Source of the DNA: Amoebidium appalachense
Lineage: Eukaryota; Protista; Ichthyosporea
Length of the DNA stretch: 64,000 nucleotides
Direction of reading: 5' to 3'
NCBI GenBank assembly: GCA_963693365.1
Contig: CAVNZM010000017.1
Coordinates: forward strand, 1,872,776-1,936,775
Shown: piece after piece, positions 1 to 11,932 of the stretch
Layout: every line of letters begins with the position of its first letter
Numbering within the stretch: the first letter of the stretch is position 1
Position numbers and translations under genes: made by a program
The notes under the pieces: model-generated
Told to the model about the DNA's origin: nothing
Databases searched by the model: none
What the model saw: the letters and a program-made list of their open reading frames with translations, nothing else

Positions 1-34
1 CTCACCTACCCACCCACCCACACACCCACACACT

Positions 35-67
<33 letters not shown>

Positions 68-93
68 ACGTGTGGACACACACATGCTCTTCT

Positions 94-146
<53 letters not shown>

Positions 147-228
147 CCCTCCCTCCCCCCCCCCCCCCCCCTCTCTCGTGTGTGTGTGTGTGTTTGTGTG
201 GGGGGAGGGGGGGGGGGGAGGAAAATAC

Positions 229-474
229 TTTGCTGCAGCGCCTGCCAGCTCGAGCTTTGTCTTCTCTGCCTCACTGGGTAGCTTGACGCTAGTCACCAAT
301 TCCTACAACCAGACCCGTCAATACGCAATCATGTAGGCGATAGATAAATCGAAGAGAAGAGGGGAACGTAGGGTGGGTTTATAGTGAATGTGTTCGTACA
401 AGGCACACACAGGTGCGTCTCCCCCGGGGAGGGGGGGGGGGGGGGGAGGTGGATAATGGCATGTAACCCCCCCC

Positions 475-524
<50 letters not shown>

Positions 525-866
525 AAAGAAAAAAAAGAGAAAAAAGAAAACCCATCCACCAACTTACACACAGTATCATTCCAACCAACCATCAGACCCC
601 CCCCCCCCCCCCCAAAAAAAAAAAGGAGGGGGGGAGGGGGTGGGGGCGGGGTGTGAAGAAAAACCATTCGGATCACCACACCCACCGTCCCCCTCCTCCC
701 CCATCCCCCCCCCCCCCCCTCCCCCCCCCTCTCCCCCCCACAACACACCCACAGACATACCTTTTCCCTCCTCAGGGCCTCTTGCATCTGCACCTCGATC
801 ATCTTCTCTCTCTCAACCACTATCTGCTGTGTGGCCTCCTCCTTGATCTTTTGCATGGAGATGGCC

Positions 867-940
<74 letters not shown>

Positions 941-1197
941 CGCATTGGGTGTCAGGGTGTGCGTGCCTGCGTGTAAGTGTGTGAGTATGTGAGTCAGGCA
1001 GTGAGCGAGTGGCTGTTTGTCTGCTTGCGCATGGGTGGTGGGGACCGGTGGGGGCGACGTGGGGGGGGGGGGGGGGGGGGGGGGGGAGGGGGGGAGGAGG
1101 GGAGGCGGATAAAACACATTTGTGGAGTCAGTCAAGGGGAAAACGAGCTCCAAAGTAGAAAATGCACACCGAGAAGGGAATGTGGGGGTCAGGGGGG

Positions 1198-1249
<52 letters not shown>

Positions 1250-1463
1250 GGGGAGGGGGAGGGTGGGGAGGGACGGGGGGGGACCAATAATTATCTGAGG
1301 GGGTGCAGGGCAAAAGGGGAGGGGGGGGAAGGAGGAGGGAGGGGGGATTGGAAGGGGAGGTTGGGGATATTTTTAGCCTTTGGATTATCTAACTGATAAG
1401 TGCCTGTGTGTTAGCTGCATGGCAGAGGGGAAGCAAGCAAAATGTTGTATGGGCGGCGATAGG

Positions 1464-1551
<88 letters not shown>

Positions 1552-1657
1552 ATTTGAGTATGTGTATGTGTGTGTGCATTTGAGTATGTGTATGTGTGTA
1601 CGTGTTGTGGGTATGTGTATGTGTGTGTGTGTGTCTCATCGGGTGGTGTGTCACAGT

Positions 1658-1718
<61 letters not shown>

Positions 1719-1890
1719 TGGGATGGGGGGGAGGAGGAGGAGGGGGAGGGGGGGGGGTGGGGGGTGGGCGGATCTTACCTGGAGCTGGTATTCGAGTTCA
1801 CTATCAGCCTGCTTTGTGGCTATGCTGGCATCAAAGCTGGCCTGACGCAGCTACATGGGGGCAGAGTGTTAGTGTGTGTACGGTGTGTAC

Positions 1891-1937
<47 letters not shown>

Positions 1938-2149
1938 TGTGCGCGCGTGTTTGTGTGTGTGTGCGCGCGCATGTGCAAAACAAACCCCGCAAAAGAAAGA
2001 AGGATGTGGGCTTTAGAGGGTCGAGGAAAAAGGAGGCGACACAAATTCAAAAAAACAAGAACACAACATACCCTGGAGACAGCAAAAGAAATCTCCAGCA
2101 GAGGTACATTTCAGAGAGCCTATGGGGGGAGAGAATATTGGGCAAGAGA

Positions 2150-2180
<31 letters not shown>

Positions 2181-2363
2181 AGGATATGGAGGGACGGTAT
2201 GTACCTCGAGGATCGTATAAAAACATACTTTGTAATCTCATATCCTCCCCCCCTCCCCCCCCCCCCAGTCGGGGCAAAGGTGGAACTCCACACGAACGAC
2301 AAAACAAAACCATCATTGTCCACATGCGGGAAGAAAGGGAGGCAGGGAGGAGCGTGTTTGTGT

Positions 2364-2410
<47 letters not shown>

Positions 2411-2596
2411 CGCGCGTATGTCTGGAGGGGGGGGGGGGGGGGGGGGGGGATGTTTGGTGCCAACCTGATAGTCTCTCTCCGCCTGTGCTATGTCTGCATC
2501 ACAGAGGTACTTTGCTGCCAGCCGTGCCTGTGACGCCTCTGCTTGCTACAGCCATGCACGCGCACTTCAGAACCAGAAACACACACCCACATTTGC

Positions 2597-2627
<31 letters not shown>

Positions 2628-3287
2628 TTCCCCTACTGTTTCCCTTCCACCCACTGTGGTACTCCTGGCTTTCTCCCCAAACAATCGAAAATGTGTGCGT
2701 TCAGAAACATGAAAACATCATATTACATTTATAGTTGGATACTTTAAATAACGTCTTCTATGTGCCTGTCCCTTTAACAACCCCCTCCCCCCTCCCCCCC
2801 CTCCCCCTCCCCCCCCCCACACACACACACGAACACGGGCATGCTACATCGTAAATGTGTTGTAGATTGTACAAAAAAGACACATGGAGCGAGAGAAATT
2901 TTTTGAAAAGAAACGTCGGCTCTCTTCCTCTGTGACGCTCCCTCACGCCCACACCCTGGCTCGGACACACACATACGCACATTGCCCATTAACCCTTACA
3001 CTTGCTTATTATTCTCCTATGTGCACATATCGTACCCATGGACAGGTACACACACACAAACGCACACAAACACAATCACAAACACACACACACACACACA
3101 CTGGCGCACCGACCCACACCTACCTGTACATCCACCCACACCACGCACACCCACCCACCCACCCACCCACACGCACCCCCCCCCCCCCCACACACACACA
3201 CCTTGATGATAGCGTCTCTGTGTGCCTCCGCCTCTCCAATCCGTGCATCTCTCTGCACCTCCGCTGTGCGCTTCATACCGAGTGCCT

Positions 3288-3331
<44 letters not shown>

Positions 3332-3866
3332 AAAACAAAAACAAAAACAAAAACACCAGTAAGAAACAGCAGGAAAAAGGGGAAGGACGTGGTGTCTCTG
3401 ATACCTCATACACGATCCCCACCTCCCCCCTCTACCCTCCCATCCCCTTCCTCCCTTTTCTTTTCTCCCGCATGAAATTGAGCTTTTGGGTGTGACTATT
3501 GTGCATATGTAGATGTGTCGGCATGTATGTGTGTGTGGATGGAGGGAGAGAGGAGCGGGGATGGACTCTCCTTTTTTTTTTTTTTTTTTTTTTTGGGGGG
3601 GGGGGGGGGGGGGGAGGGGGGAGGGGGTGGGGGATGGAGGGAGAGAAAAGGAGAGGAGATAGAAGCCCCTGCTTAGGCCGGATAAATGCGATGGTGGCAT
3701 GAGGCCTTTTTTTGCCTTTCCCCCCATTTCCCCCCCACTTTCTTTTCCCCTTTCTTTCTTTCTTCACCCCCTCGAGCCTCCCCCCCCCCCCCCCCCCCCC
3801 CCTTTTTTTTTCTTCTTTTTTTCTTTCTTTTTATTTTTTTTTGTGTGTGTGTGTGTGAGTGAGTGA

Positions 3867-3915
<49 letters not shown>

Positions 3916-4950
3916 TGAGTGAGTGAGTGTGTGAGTGTGTGCGCATGTACGTGTAATGCATGCATGTGTATTGGGGGGGGGGGGGGGGGGGGGGGGGGAG
4001 GGGGGAGATAACCTTGAGATAACCGTGCTGGTCACGGATATCCTTGATGGTGTATGAGACTATGGTGATGCCCATAGCCTGCAGGTCTTGCGACGCCACG
4101 GTGTACACGGCCTCGGCAAATTTCTTGCGGTCCTGGTATATCTCCTGCATGGAGATAGACAGGTGGGTGTCAATAATAAAGCGTCGGGATAACTCGTGCT
4201 CGTGAAGAGATAGCTGGCCATAATAATTTTTGATGACTTTCTTGAGATACTTGTATAATATGGTCAGATGATATCTCATGGATATGATACAACAAACAAT
4301 GATTACTATCCTAAGCAACGGAGCAAATGGCATCAGCAAAATTCCTGGCACATCTCATGCTGGTAATAGTAAGTGAGCACGATGAAAACCAAAATTACAG
4401 TACATCTTCACACTTTCTTCCTGGCATAGATAAACTGTGATCCATAATCCTGAATGCCCAGGGATAGACAAGCAATTTTCATTCAAGCCCGGTATATACC
4501 CTGCCCGTAGGCAGACACATGGCGGTTAATAAAAACCTGGTATATCTCATGCATGTGGATAGACCAATGACAACTGTAGGCCGGTCGAGCAAAGCCGTGT
4601 GTGGCTCTGTGGCTGTCAGCATTGTGACACAGATGCTCAAAGCAACGTTATTGAAACTTTCCTTGCTTACAGATGCACTTTTTCCCCAGCCTGAGGGCAC
4701 GATTCTTTGTAGAGGTTGAGCATCTGTGTGATGACCAACCAGCCTGGTTGCTATATACCTTATACCCCCACTTGATATCATTAATGCACAAACGACACAT
4801 ACACATGTATTTAATTCTAAACATTCAACGCCTTTTCCATTTCCGTTGAGGGAAGTGGGGCGGGCAGTAAGGTTTATTGATACTAAATGTGACCCGGAAG
4901 CAGGCAAAGGGCAAGGGAGGGTGGTGGGGGGGAGGGCCGGGGAGCGTGTG

Positions 4951-5010
<60 letters not shown>

Positions 5011-5564
5011 TGTGTGTGAGAGAAGGGGGAGGGGGGAGGGGCCAGATGTGTTTAGCAGTACGGAGTATAAGACCACACAGCGAAGACCATAGTGCCATTC
5101 ACATACGAACACCAACACACAAAGGTGTTGAAGTACGACAGATTGCAGAGAAGGCAAAAAGAGAAAACACCAACACAAACAACACAAAAATTTTAAAAAA
5201 ATAAAATCACGTGACGGTGTGTGCACGTGCACGTATGCACGTGGGTGTTCTCCCCACCTCGACGGTCATAGTTCCCATGATGGCTCGTTGGTGGCCCTCC
5301 TGTAATGACAAAGTATGAGGTTAGGCGACCTCCCCCCCCCCCCCCCCCCCCTTCCCCTTCCTCCCCCCTTCTCCCCCCTCGATCCCTAACACTTTTCTTT
5401 CCTTTTTTTTTTTCTTTTTGAGTGAGTCGTCACATGCATCCCCCCCCCCCCCCCCCCCCCTCTCCTCCCCCCCCCTCTTTCTTCCCTACCCCCCACCCGC
5501 CCACCCACATGGTTTCGCAGTATAGTCATGCATACGGAGCTGTGTTGGGGGTTGGCTGAGGCCG

Positions 5565-5596
<32 letters not shown>

Positions 5597-6220
5597 CGCA
5601 GAGAGAGGAAAATGGCAACAGGAAAGAGGAAATGTGAAGAGGAGTGGAGATGTATGAAAAGGAATGAGGCAAAATAGAAGGCAATGCAGACTTATATATA
5701 GGGCAGTAAAAACAAAACAAAATGACGACAAATCAGTGAGCAAGCAAGAATGCACCACAAGAGAAAGAAGAACAAACATCCAAAAATTCAAAAATACAGT
5801 CGACCCTTGTTTAGCCTCGTAATATATAGCCGCACACCGTTTATGGCCACATGAACAAAAAAAATATCTATCTGAAACGACGATACACGATTGGATCATC
5901 TCAGCAGCAAAAAACCAAAAACACCGAAATAGGAGCTTTCTCAAAATTTCTCGAACTTTCTTGAACACTCTGGCATCACTCACCAGTGTGACCATGACGA
6001 TGGCTTTAACCTGGTCTGGAGTCTTGCCCAGGAAATGCTGCGAGTTTCAGTGTCGGAGGGGACAAATGTTAGAAGAGAAATCGGTTGAAGCGGCCAAAGG
6101 GTTACAAACGGAAGGGGGGGAGGAGGAGAGGAGGGGGGGGAGGGGGGGGGGGGGGGGGAGAAAGGGGGAGAGGGGGTCGAGGGTAGAGGTAGGTGTATGT
6201 ATGTATGTATGTGTGTATGT

Positions 6221-6267
<47 letters not shown>

Positions 6268-7405
6268 GGGGGGAGGGATAAGAATAGCAATCGAACGAGG
6301 GGTATCCTGGGTAAGGTGGGTACTGCAGTGTTGAGAATGGTGGTGAATCGGGAAGGGCGGGGCGGCCGGAGGGGGGGGGGGGGGGGGGGTTTGAATGCGG
6401 AACACGGTACGAAGTACGCATACACGACGAGAAGCATGGTGCAGGACACATGCAAAGGCAAACATTCGGGATAAAGATGCTATGAAAACAGGAAGTTGGA
6501 GAAAAGAACTGGGGGAAGCAGTCTGGAAGAGGTGAGGGTGGGAAGAGAGAGAGAAGGGGTCGGTTGGGGTGGGTGGGTGGGAGTGTGTGTGTGTGTGTGT
6601 GTGGGGAGGGGGGGGGGGGGGGGGGGGGGGGGGATCAATGCACGTAGAGATATGGTCTGATATCCAAAATGACACTTAGATCAAATAGTTGTTTGATTAT
6701 GCAATCCAGGCCAGGCTCATCAATTTTTTATTTTATTTTATTTTATTATTATTGGGGGGGGGGGGGGGGGTTTGAATGCGTCAAAAAGTACGAAGTACAC
6801 AAGAACAAACGGATAACACGATGCAGAATGCAAGCCATACATAAAGAGTATGCATAATAAGCAGAGCCCATCCTCAGGGGGGGCCCACGTCATCCACAGT
6901 ACCCGAGTTTCGACCTATTCCCCTCGTTAACGAAACCCAACTCAGATACTGTTTCACTTGAACATGAGTAGGTCACCCGTCTTGATCAGAGACGAGCAGG
7001 GTTGCTTATGCAGGCAAGGGCAGTGGGAAAGGCCGGGGGTTAAAGTTGCAGCAGTAAGCAGAAGCAAGAAAAATATAGATAGGAACTCAGGAGACGGGGC
7101 TTCTAGGAAGCTCCCCCGTCGATACCTAAGTCGATACTTCCCTGGCTAACATACTACACCAGCTGAAAAGAATTAAGTCCCGAAGGCCACAGAATTCGTA
7201 ATCAGAGGGGAAAATATGAGATTTGACCCACGCCGCAGGGTAGTAACGGGGGGGGGGGGGGGAGGGGGGAAGCGGTGCTAAGTCACGACCTATATAACAC
7301 AAATTATAGATCACTTCAGTTGAACCCTGGTGAGTTTAACATCGTCATCAGAAGCCAGGAAATGAGCAACACGGGGGGGAGGGGGGCGGGAGGGTGCCTA
7401 TTTCG

Positions 7406-7436
<31 letters not shown>

Positions 7437-7590
7437 GGGGGGGGGTTGTAGGACCTGGCAGGCAGCCTTTCTCATTTCTGGAAAGCGGCCCTCAATCTTC
7501 ACCTGTAGTGGATGAGGATGAGGAACGTTATCCCCCCCCCCCCCCGTCCAAAAAAAAAACCATACACACGTAAAAAAAAAAAGAAGAAAA

Positions 7591-7628
<38 letters not shown>

Positions 7629-7702
7629 TCCGCACAAGCACACACACTGAGAGAGAGAGAGGGAGGGGAGGGGGGAGACAGGGAGAGAAAGAGGGAGAGA
7701 GG

Positions 7703-7758
<56 letters not shown>

Positions 7759-7838
7759 GAGGGGGAGGGGGAGGGGGAGGGGAGGGAGATGGAGAGGAAG
7801 AGGGAGGGAGGGAGGGAGGGAGGGAGGGAGGGAGGGAG

Positions 7839-7884
<46 letters not shown>

Positions 7885-8168
7885 CTGACCATGACTCAAC
7901 TAAGACATATAGCCACTCTGGAGCCCAAAACAGAGCCATGGAGCTAACTAGAGGGGTGGGTGGACGGGGGCGGGCGGGGGAGGGGGGGGGTGGGGGGGGG
8001 GGGGGGGGGGGGGGGGGAGGGAAGGTCCAAAAAATAAGAGGAAGGTACAGAAGTGGACATCTAAAGAACATATCAGGCCTAACGTCTATGTGATAGTAAA
8101 CTCCTAAACAATCCTTACAATAGCATACATACAATACAATATCAACCAGCGTCAATAACGGCAACAAT

Positions 8169-8210
<42 letters not shown>

Positions 8211-9734
8211 CAGCTTGAATCCTACACTCACCTGTGCAACACCAGACACTGAAATCTTGACTCCTTCTTGGGACAGTACTTCGAAGCTCTCGATGATGGC
8301 TGTCATAATGTTGAGGTCGAGGCTGCATTTGGAATAAATGACATTAAAGTTTAAGCTAGGAAAGTTTATAATACCCTATCGAGACAACTGAAGTTCTCGA
8401 TAACGGCTGCCAAATTTAACACTTAAAATTAGACAGTTTTAATAATAACCTCTTGGGACTGTACTTGGAAGCTCGTGATTGTCGCCATCAACATGCTGAG
8501 GTCGATTCTGCATTTGTAATAATTGACAGTAAAAATTTTAAACTAAGAACATTTGATACCCTCTCGAGACAACTGAAGCTCTCGCGATAATGGCTGCCTA
8601 ATTTAACACTTGAATTTAAGTAGGGACAGTACTTGGAAGCTCGTGATTGTGGCCACCAATATGCTGAGATCGAGGCTGCATTCGGAATAAATGATAATAA
8701 AATTTAAAACGAATAAACCTCAACACCCCTTTGGACAGTACCATTCCAAGCTCTGCATAATGACTGTCAGTATGATCGGTCGCCGTTGCAATAAGGGGGG
8801 GAAAAAGGCATTTGTTTTAGATCCAAGACAATATTAAATGACTGTTCAATTTTAAACCGGGACACATGCACGGTCATTTGAACTCTACACAGCGTTTAAA
8901 TCACGCATACGTATCAAGGATTATGCTATCCAAATATTAAGGCAAACAAGAACGGCAAACGATATTCCACACTATCAGGTTGTATCATTAATTGTATGCA
9001 AGTGGCTTAAGTCATTTCAGATAAGTGCTCACTCCCCCCCCCCCCCCCCCCCCCTCCCCCCCCCCCCTCCCCGGGGTACAGAGTCCTTGCTTTCCTTTGA
9101 GGGACCTGATCCTGACTGTGTGTGGGTGCAAGACAAATTGTGTGTGTGGTGTGTGTGTGCGCGCCTGGCTTAAACGTTTGCATACTTCTTTATTCTTATC
9201 TCCAGACCTTCCCACCCTTCCGAGAAAAAAAGGGGGGGCTAGGGGTGGGTGGGTGGAGGTAGGGGTGGGTGGGTGGGTGGGTGGGTTGGGGGGGGGGGGG
9301 GGGGAGGGGGGGGGGAACGAGGGGAGCGGGGGGAGGGGGGGGGGGTTTAGGGGGGACGGGAGGGGTGTTGTAAACGACTTTCCTTTTATCACCAGCAGTG
9401 CGCCATGATCGTTTGCTATAGATGTAATGTAACCCAATTCTTCAGGTGCTCAATGACAATATCATGCAGTTAGGATGTCTCGCGGTGTGAAAGGAATGCA
9501 TCGAAAAAGATACTTACTATTGGGCTGTCTGGCAGATCGGCCATACGAACACACGTCCTCCCGACACGTAAAGAGGCTCCGAGTATCCACAACCTGACCA
9601 ATCGAGCAACATGATGAGCTTAAAGGCACCATGTGAATGTTTCAAATGCACAATGCCTCAAAAATGAGACAAAGTGTAGATATGAGGCAATGCCTGTTCA
9701 AGCGAAAGTATGTTGGTAGCTGGGGAGTAGGCGG

Positions 9735-9774
<40 letters not shown>

Positions 9775-10264
9775 TTGGGGGGGGGGGGGGGGGGGGGGGG
9801 GAGGGAGGGAGGGGCACGGATGGAGACAGAAAGGGAGGGTGGAGGAAAGAGAGAGGGAGGGGGAGGGGGGTTTGAGAGCGAGAGAGGGGAGGGGGAAAGA
9901 GAGAGGGGGGGAGAGAGAGGGGGGAGGGGGGAACATAGAGAGGGAGAGGGAGGGAGAGGGGTGATGAAGAGGGGCGGAGGGAGGGAGGGAGGGGGAGAGA
10001 AAGAGAAAGAGAGAGAGAGGGGGGGGGGGGAGGGAGGGAAAGAGATGGATAGAGAGAGAGACAGAGGGAGAGAGAGGGAGGGAGAGTTGGAGGGAGGAGA
10101 GACGACGGGAGCGCTGCAGGACTAAACCGGGAGTTGTTGTCTGTGGTTGCCCTTCGAAGGTAGCATAAGGACCTTGCGAAAAAACACAAGCATTCTGCAG
10201 AGAAAAACGAGGAGACAAAGAGGTGGTTCCACGGTTAGTGAGAGTATCGACCTTGCCAGCGCGG

Positions 10265-10299
<35 letters not shown>

Positions 10300-10590
10300 G
10301 GGGGGGAGAGGAGGAGGGAGGGGGGGGGGAGGGGGAGGGGAGGGGAGGGGCGGAGGAGGGTGAGCGGAAGGGGAGAGGAAAGGGGGAGGGGGGATGGGGA
10401 AGAGGGGAGGGGGGGGGGGGAGGGGGAGGGGGGAGAAGGGCTCTGGGGGATGCTATTTTGACCAGGGATTGGAAAAAAGAAGTCGATGCATCTGACATCA
10501 CAAGCTAGTGCTTGTTTATAACGGGTATAATCGCTCACCTGCTACAACCATTACTTGGTTGACAGCGGCACTCATGAACCCGAACGGCAT
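229..10590 (-). CDS. FLOT: Flotillin (SPFH/band-7 family), 12 exons in window, 3' part continues beyond position 1
   Basis: GT-AG exons with consistent phases: 10590-10539, 9593-9518, 8322-8232, 7502-7455, 6037-5984, 5299-5258, 4144-4013, 3285-3202, 2545-2465, 1850-1779, 868-761, 302-229. Spliced product MPFGFMSAAVNQVMVVAGCGYSEPLYVSGGRVFVWPICQTAQYLDLNIMT...GVKISVSGVAQVKIEG...AACQHFLGKT...[88 protein letters not shown]... matches hallmark flotillin motifs. No Gly2 myristoylation site (flotillin-1-like N-terminus). Confidence 0.95.
6390..6467 (-). repeat. Dispersed intronic element, subfamily A, short 3' fragment
   Basis: Near-identical reverse complement of the 3' parts of 21923-22068 and 32191-32340; ends GCATTCAAA followed by a C run on the minus strand. 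Confidence 0.85.
6771..7001 (-). mobile_element. Dispersed intronic element, subfamily B (possibly extends to ~7370)
   Basis: By eye an exact 231-bp reverse complement of 59973-60203. Confidence 0.85.
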
Positions 10591-10695
10591 CTTCGGTAAA
10601 ATGAAACGTAGAAACGAGCGTGAACTATTTTTCACAGAATGACAAGGTCGCTGGTAGGTTGTACGTAGAATGTGTCAATGCGCTAAGACTTGGAT

Positions 10696-10746
10696 GCTGG
10701 CAACCACTAGGTATCAACAAGCTGGCAACCACTAGGTATCAACAAG
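10696..10746. repeat. Perfect 25-bp tandem duplication upstream of flotillin
   Basis: GCTGGCAACCACTAGGTATCAACAA x2. Confidence 0.85.
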
Positions 10747-11548
10747 CAGAACATCGAATCGGCTTCAACCTCTCTTTACAAGATTATCCAACTCGCCTCT
10801 TTCGAACAAGTTGCAGGACTAATTTTTTTTTTTTGTGGTTGCCAAGTAATGTTTCATGGACTTTTTCTTCTATGCTCAAAAATACGTACAGCTATTATAG
10901 CAACATCTTTCAGATATCATTGTTGTCGTTTTCTTCCCCCTGATCTTTCTTCGAGAATTCTCCAGGAAGCCTTTTGCCCGTTGTTTGTTTTCTTGCTCCA
11001 ACTTTGTCTTCGCGCCGTACTTGTCTCCTTATACTCAACCCTAAACAGGTAACCCTGGCATGTCGTCCAAATTTCCAAATGTACAATTAAAATAATTTTG
11101 GTATATTAGCCAAAACTTATTTCAAGCTGTACATAAGTGTTTTATTCTTGAAACAAAACTATAAACCAGAAGTTTAAATTTTTTCCAGTTTTTTTGGTGT
11201 TTCTAGGCCGCCTACTGGAAGATAAAAAATTGTCTATGATGGCTGTAAATCGTTTGAAAGGGGTACGCAATAATAATTTGTAGAGTTTAGAAGACTTTTT
11301 GCCAACCAATCAAAAAAGTTAACCGCTTTGGCGTCATTATTAGACTCAAGTTGCATGTTGACTGAGCCGTAGGCTCAGAGAAAGATGCTTGTGTCACCAT
11401 GACTTGAATCCGTTAATTAATTAAAAAAAGAAAAACAGTATTGCCGATAGAAAACAGAGAAAAAGAAGAGAGAGCGGCAGACCAGCTGTGGTCCTCGAGG
11501 CTTGAGCTCTGGAGCTCGCGAGCCTGTAAAAAAACGGTATCAACAAAA

Positions 11549-11577
11549 TGACGTCACCATATAGCGCTATATATAGA
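11549..11577. promoter_or_regulatory. Candidate promoter elements (CRE-like TGACGTCA + TATA-like) upstream of flotillin
   Basis: TGACGTCA followed by the palindromic TATAGCGCTATA/TATATAG ~1 kb upstream of the flotillin ATG; motif match only. Confidence 0.25.
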
Positions 11578-11773
11578 CGGGGTTTACGCTGTTTACTCGA
11601 GGCAAAGAGAACCAGTCTCAGGTATGGGGGGGGGGGTTTTGCTCGGAATATCCCCTCAGCGGTATATCATGATCACGTACATAGATGTCGGGTGGTGACT
11701 ATATATCAGGGTTTACTTTCTCTACGAGACACCATAAAGACTACAAGGAGAAATCAATTAGTTGGGGTTCCCC

Positions 11774-11823
<50 letters not shown>

Positions 11824-11855
11824 GGGCTCCCCTCGGGACACTCGGTATCAGCTGG

Positions 11856-11912
<57 letters not shown>

Positions 11913-11932
11913 TGTGTGTGTGTGCGCGTGCG

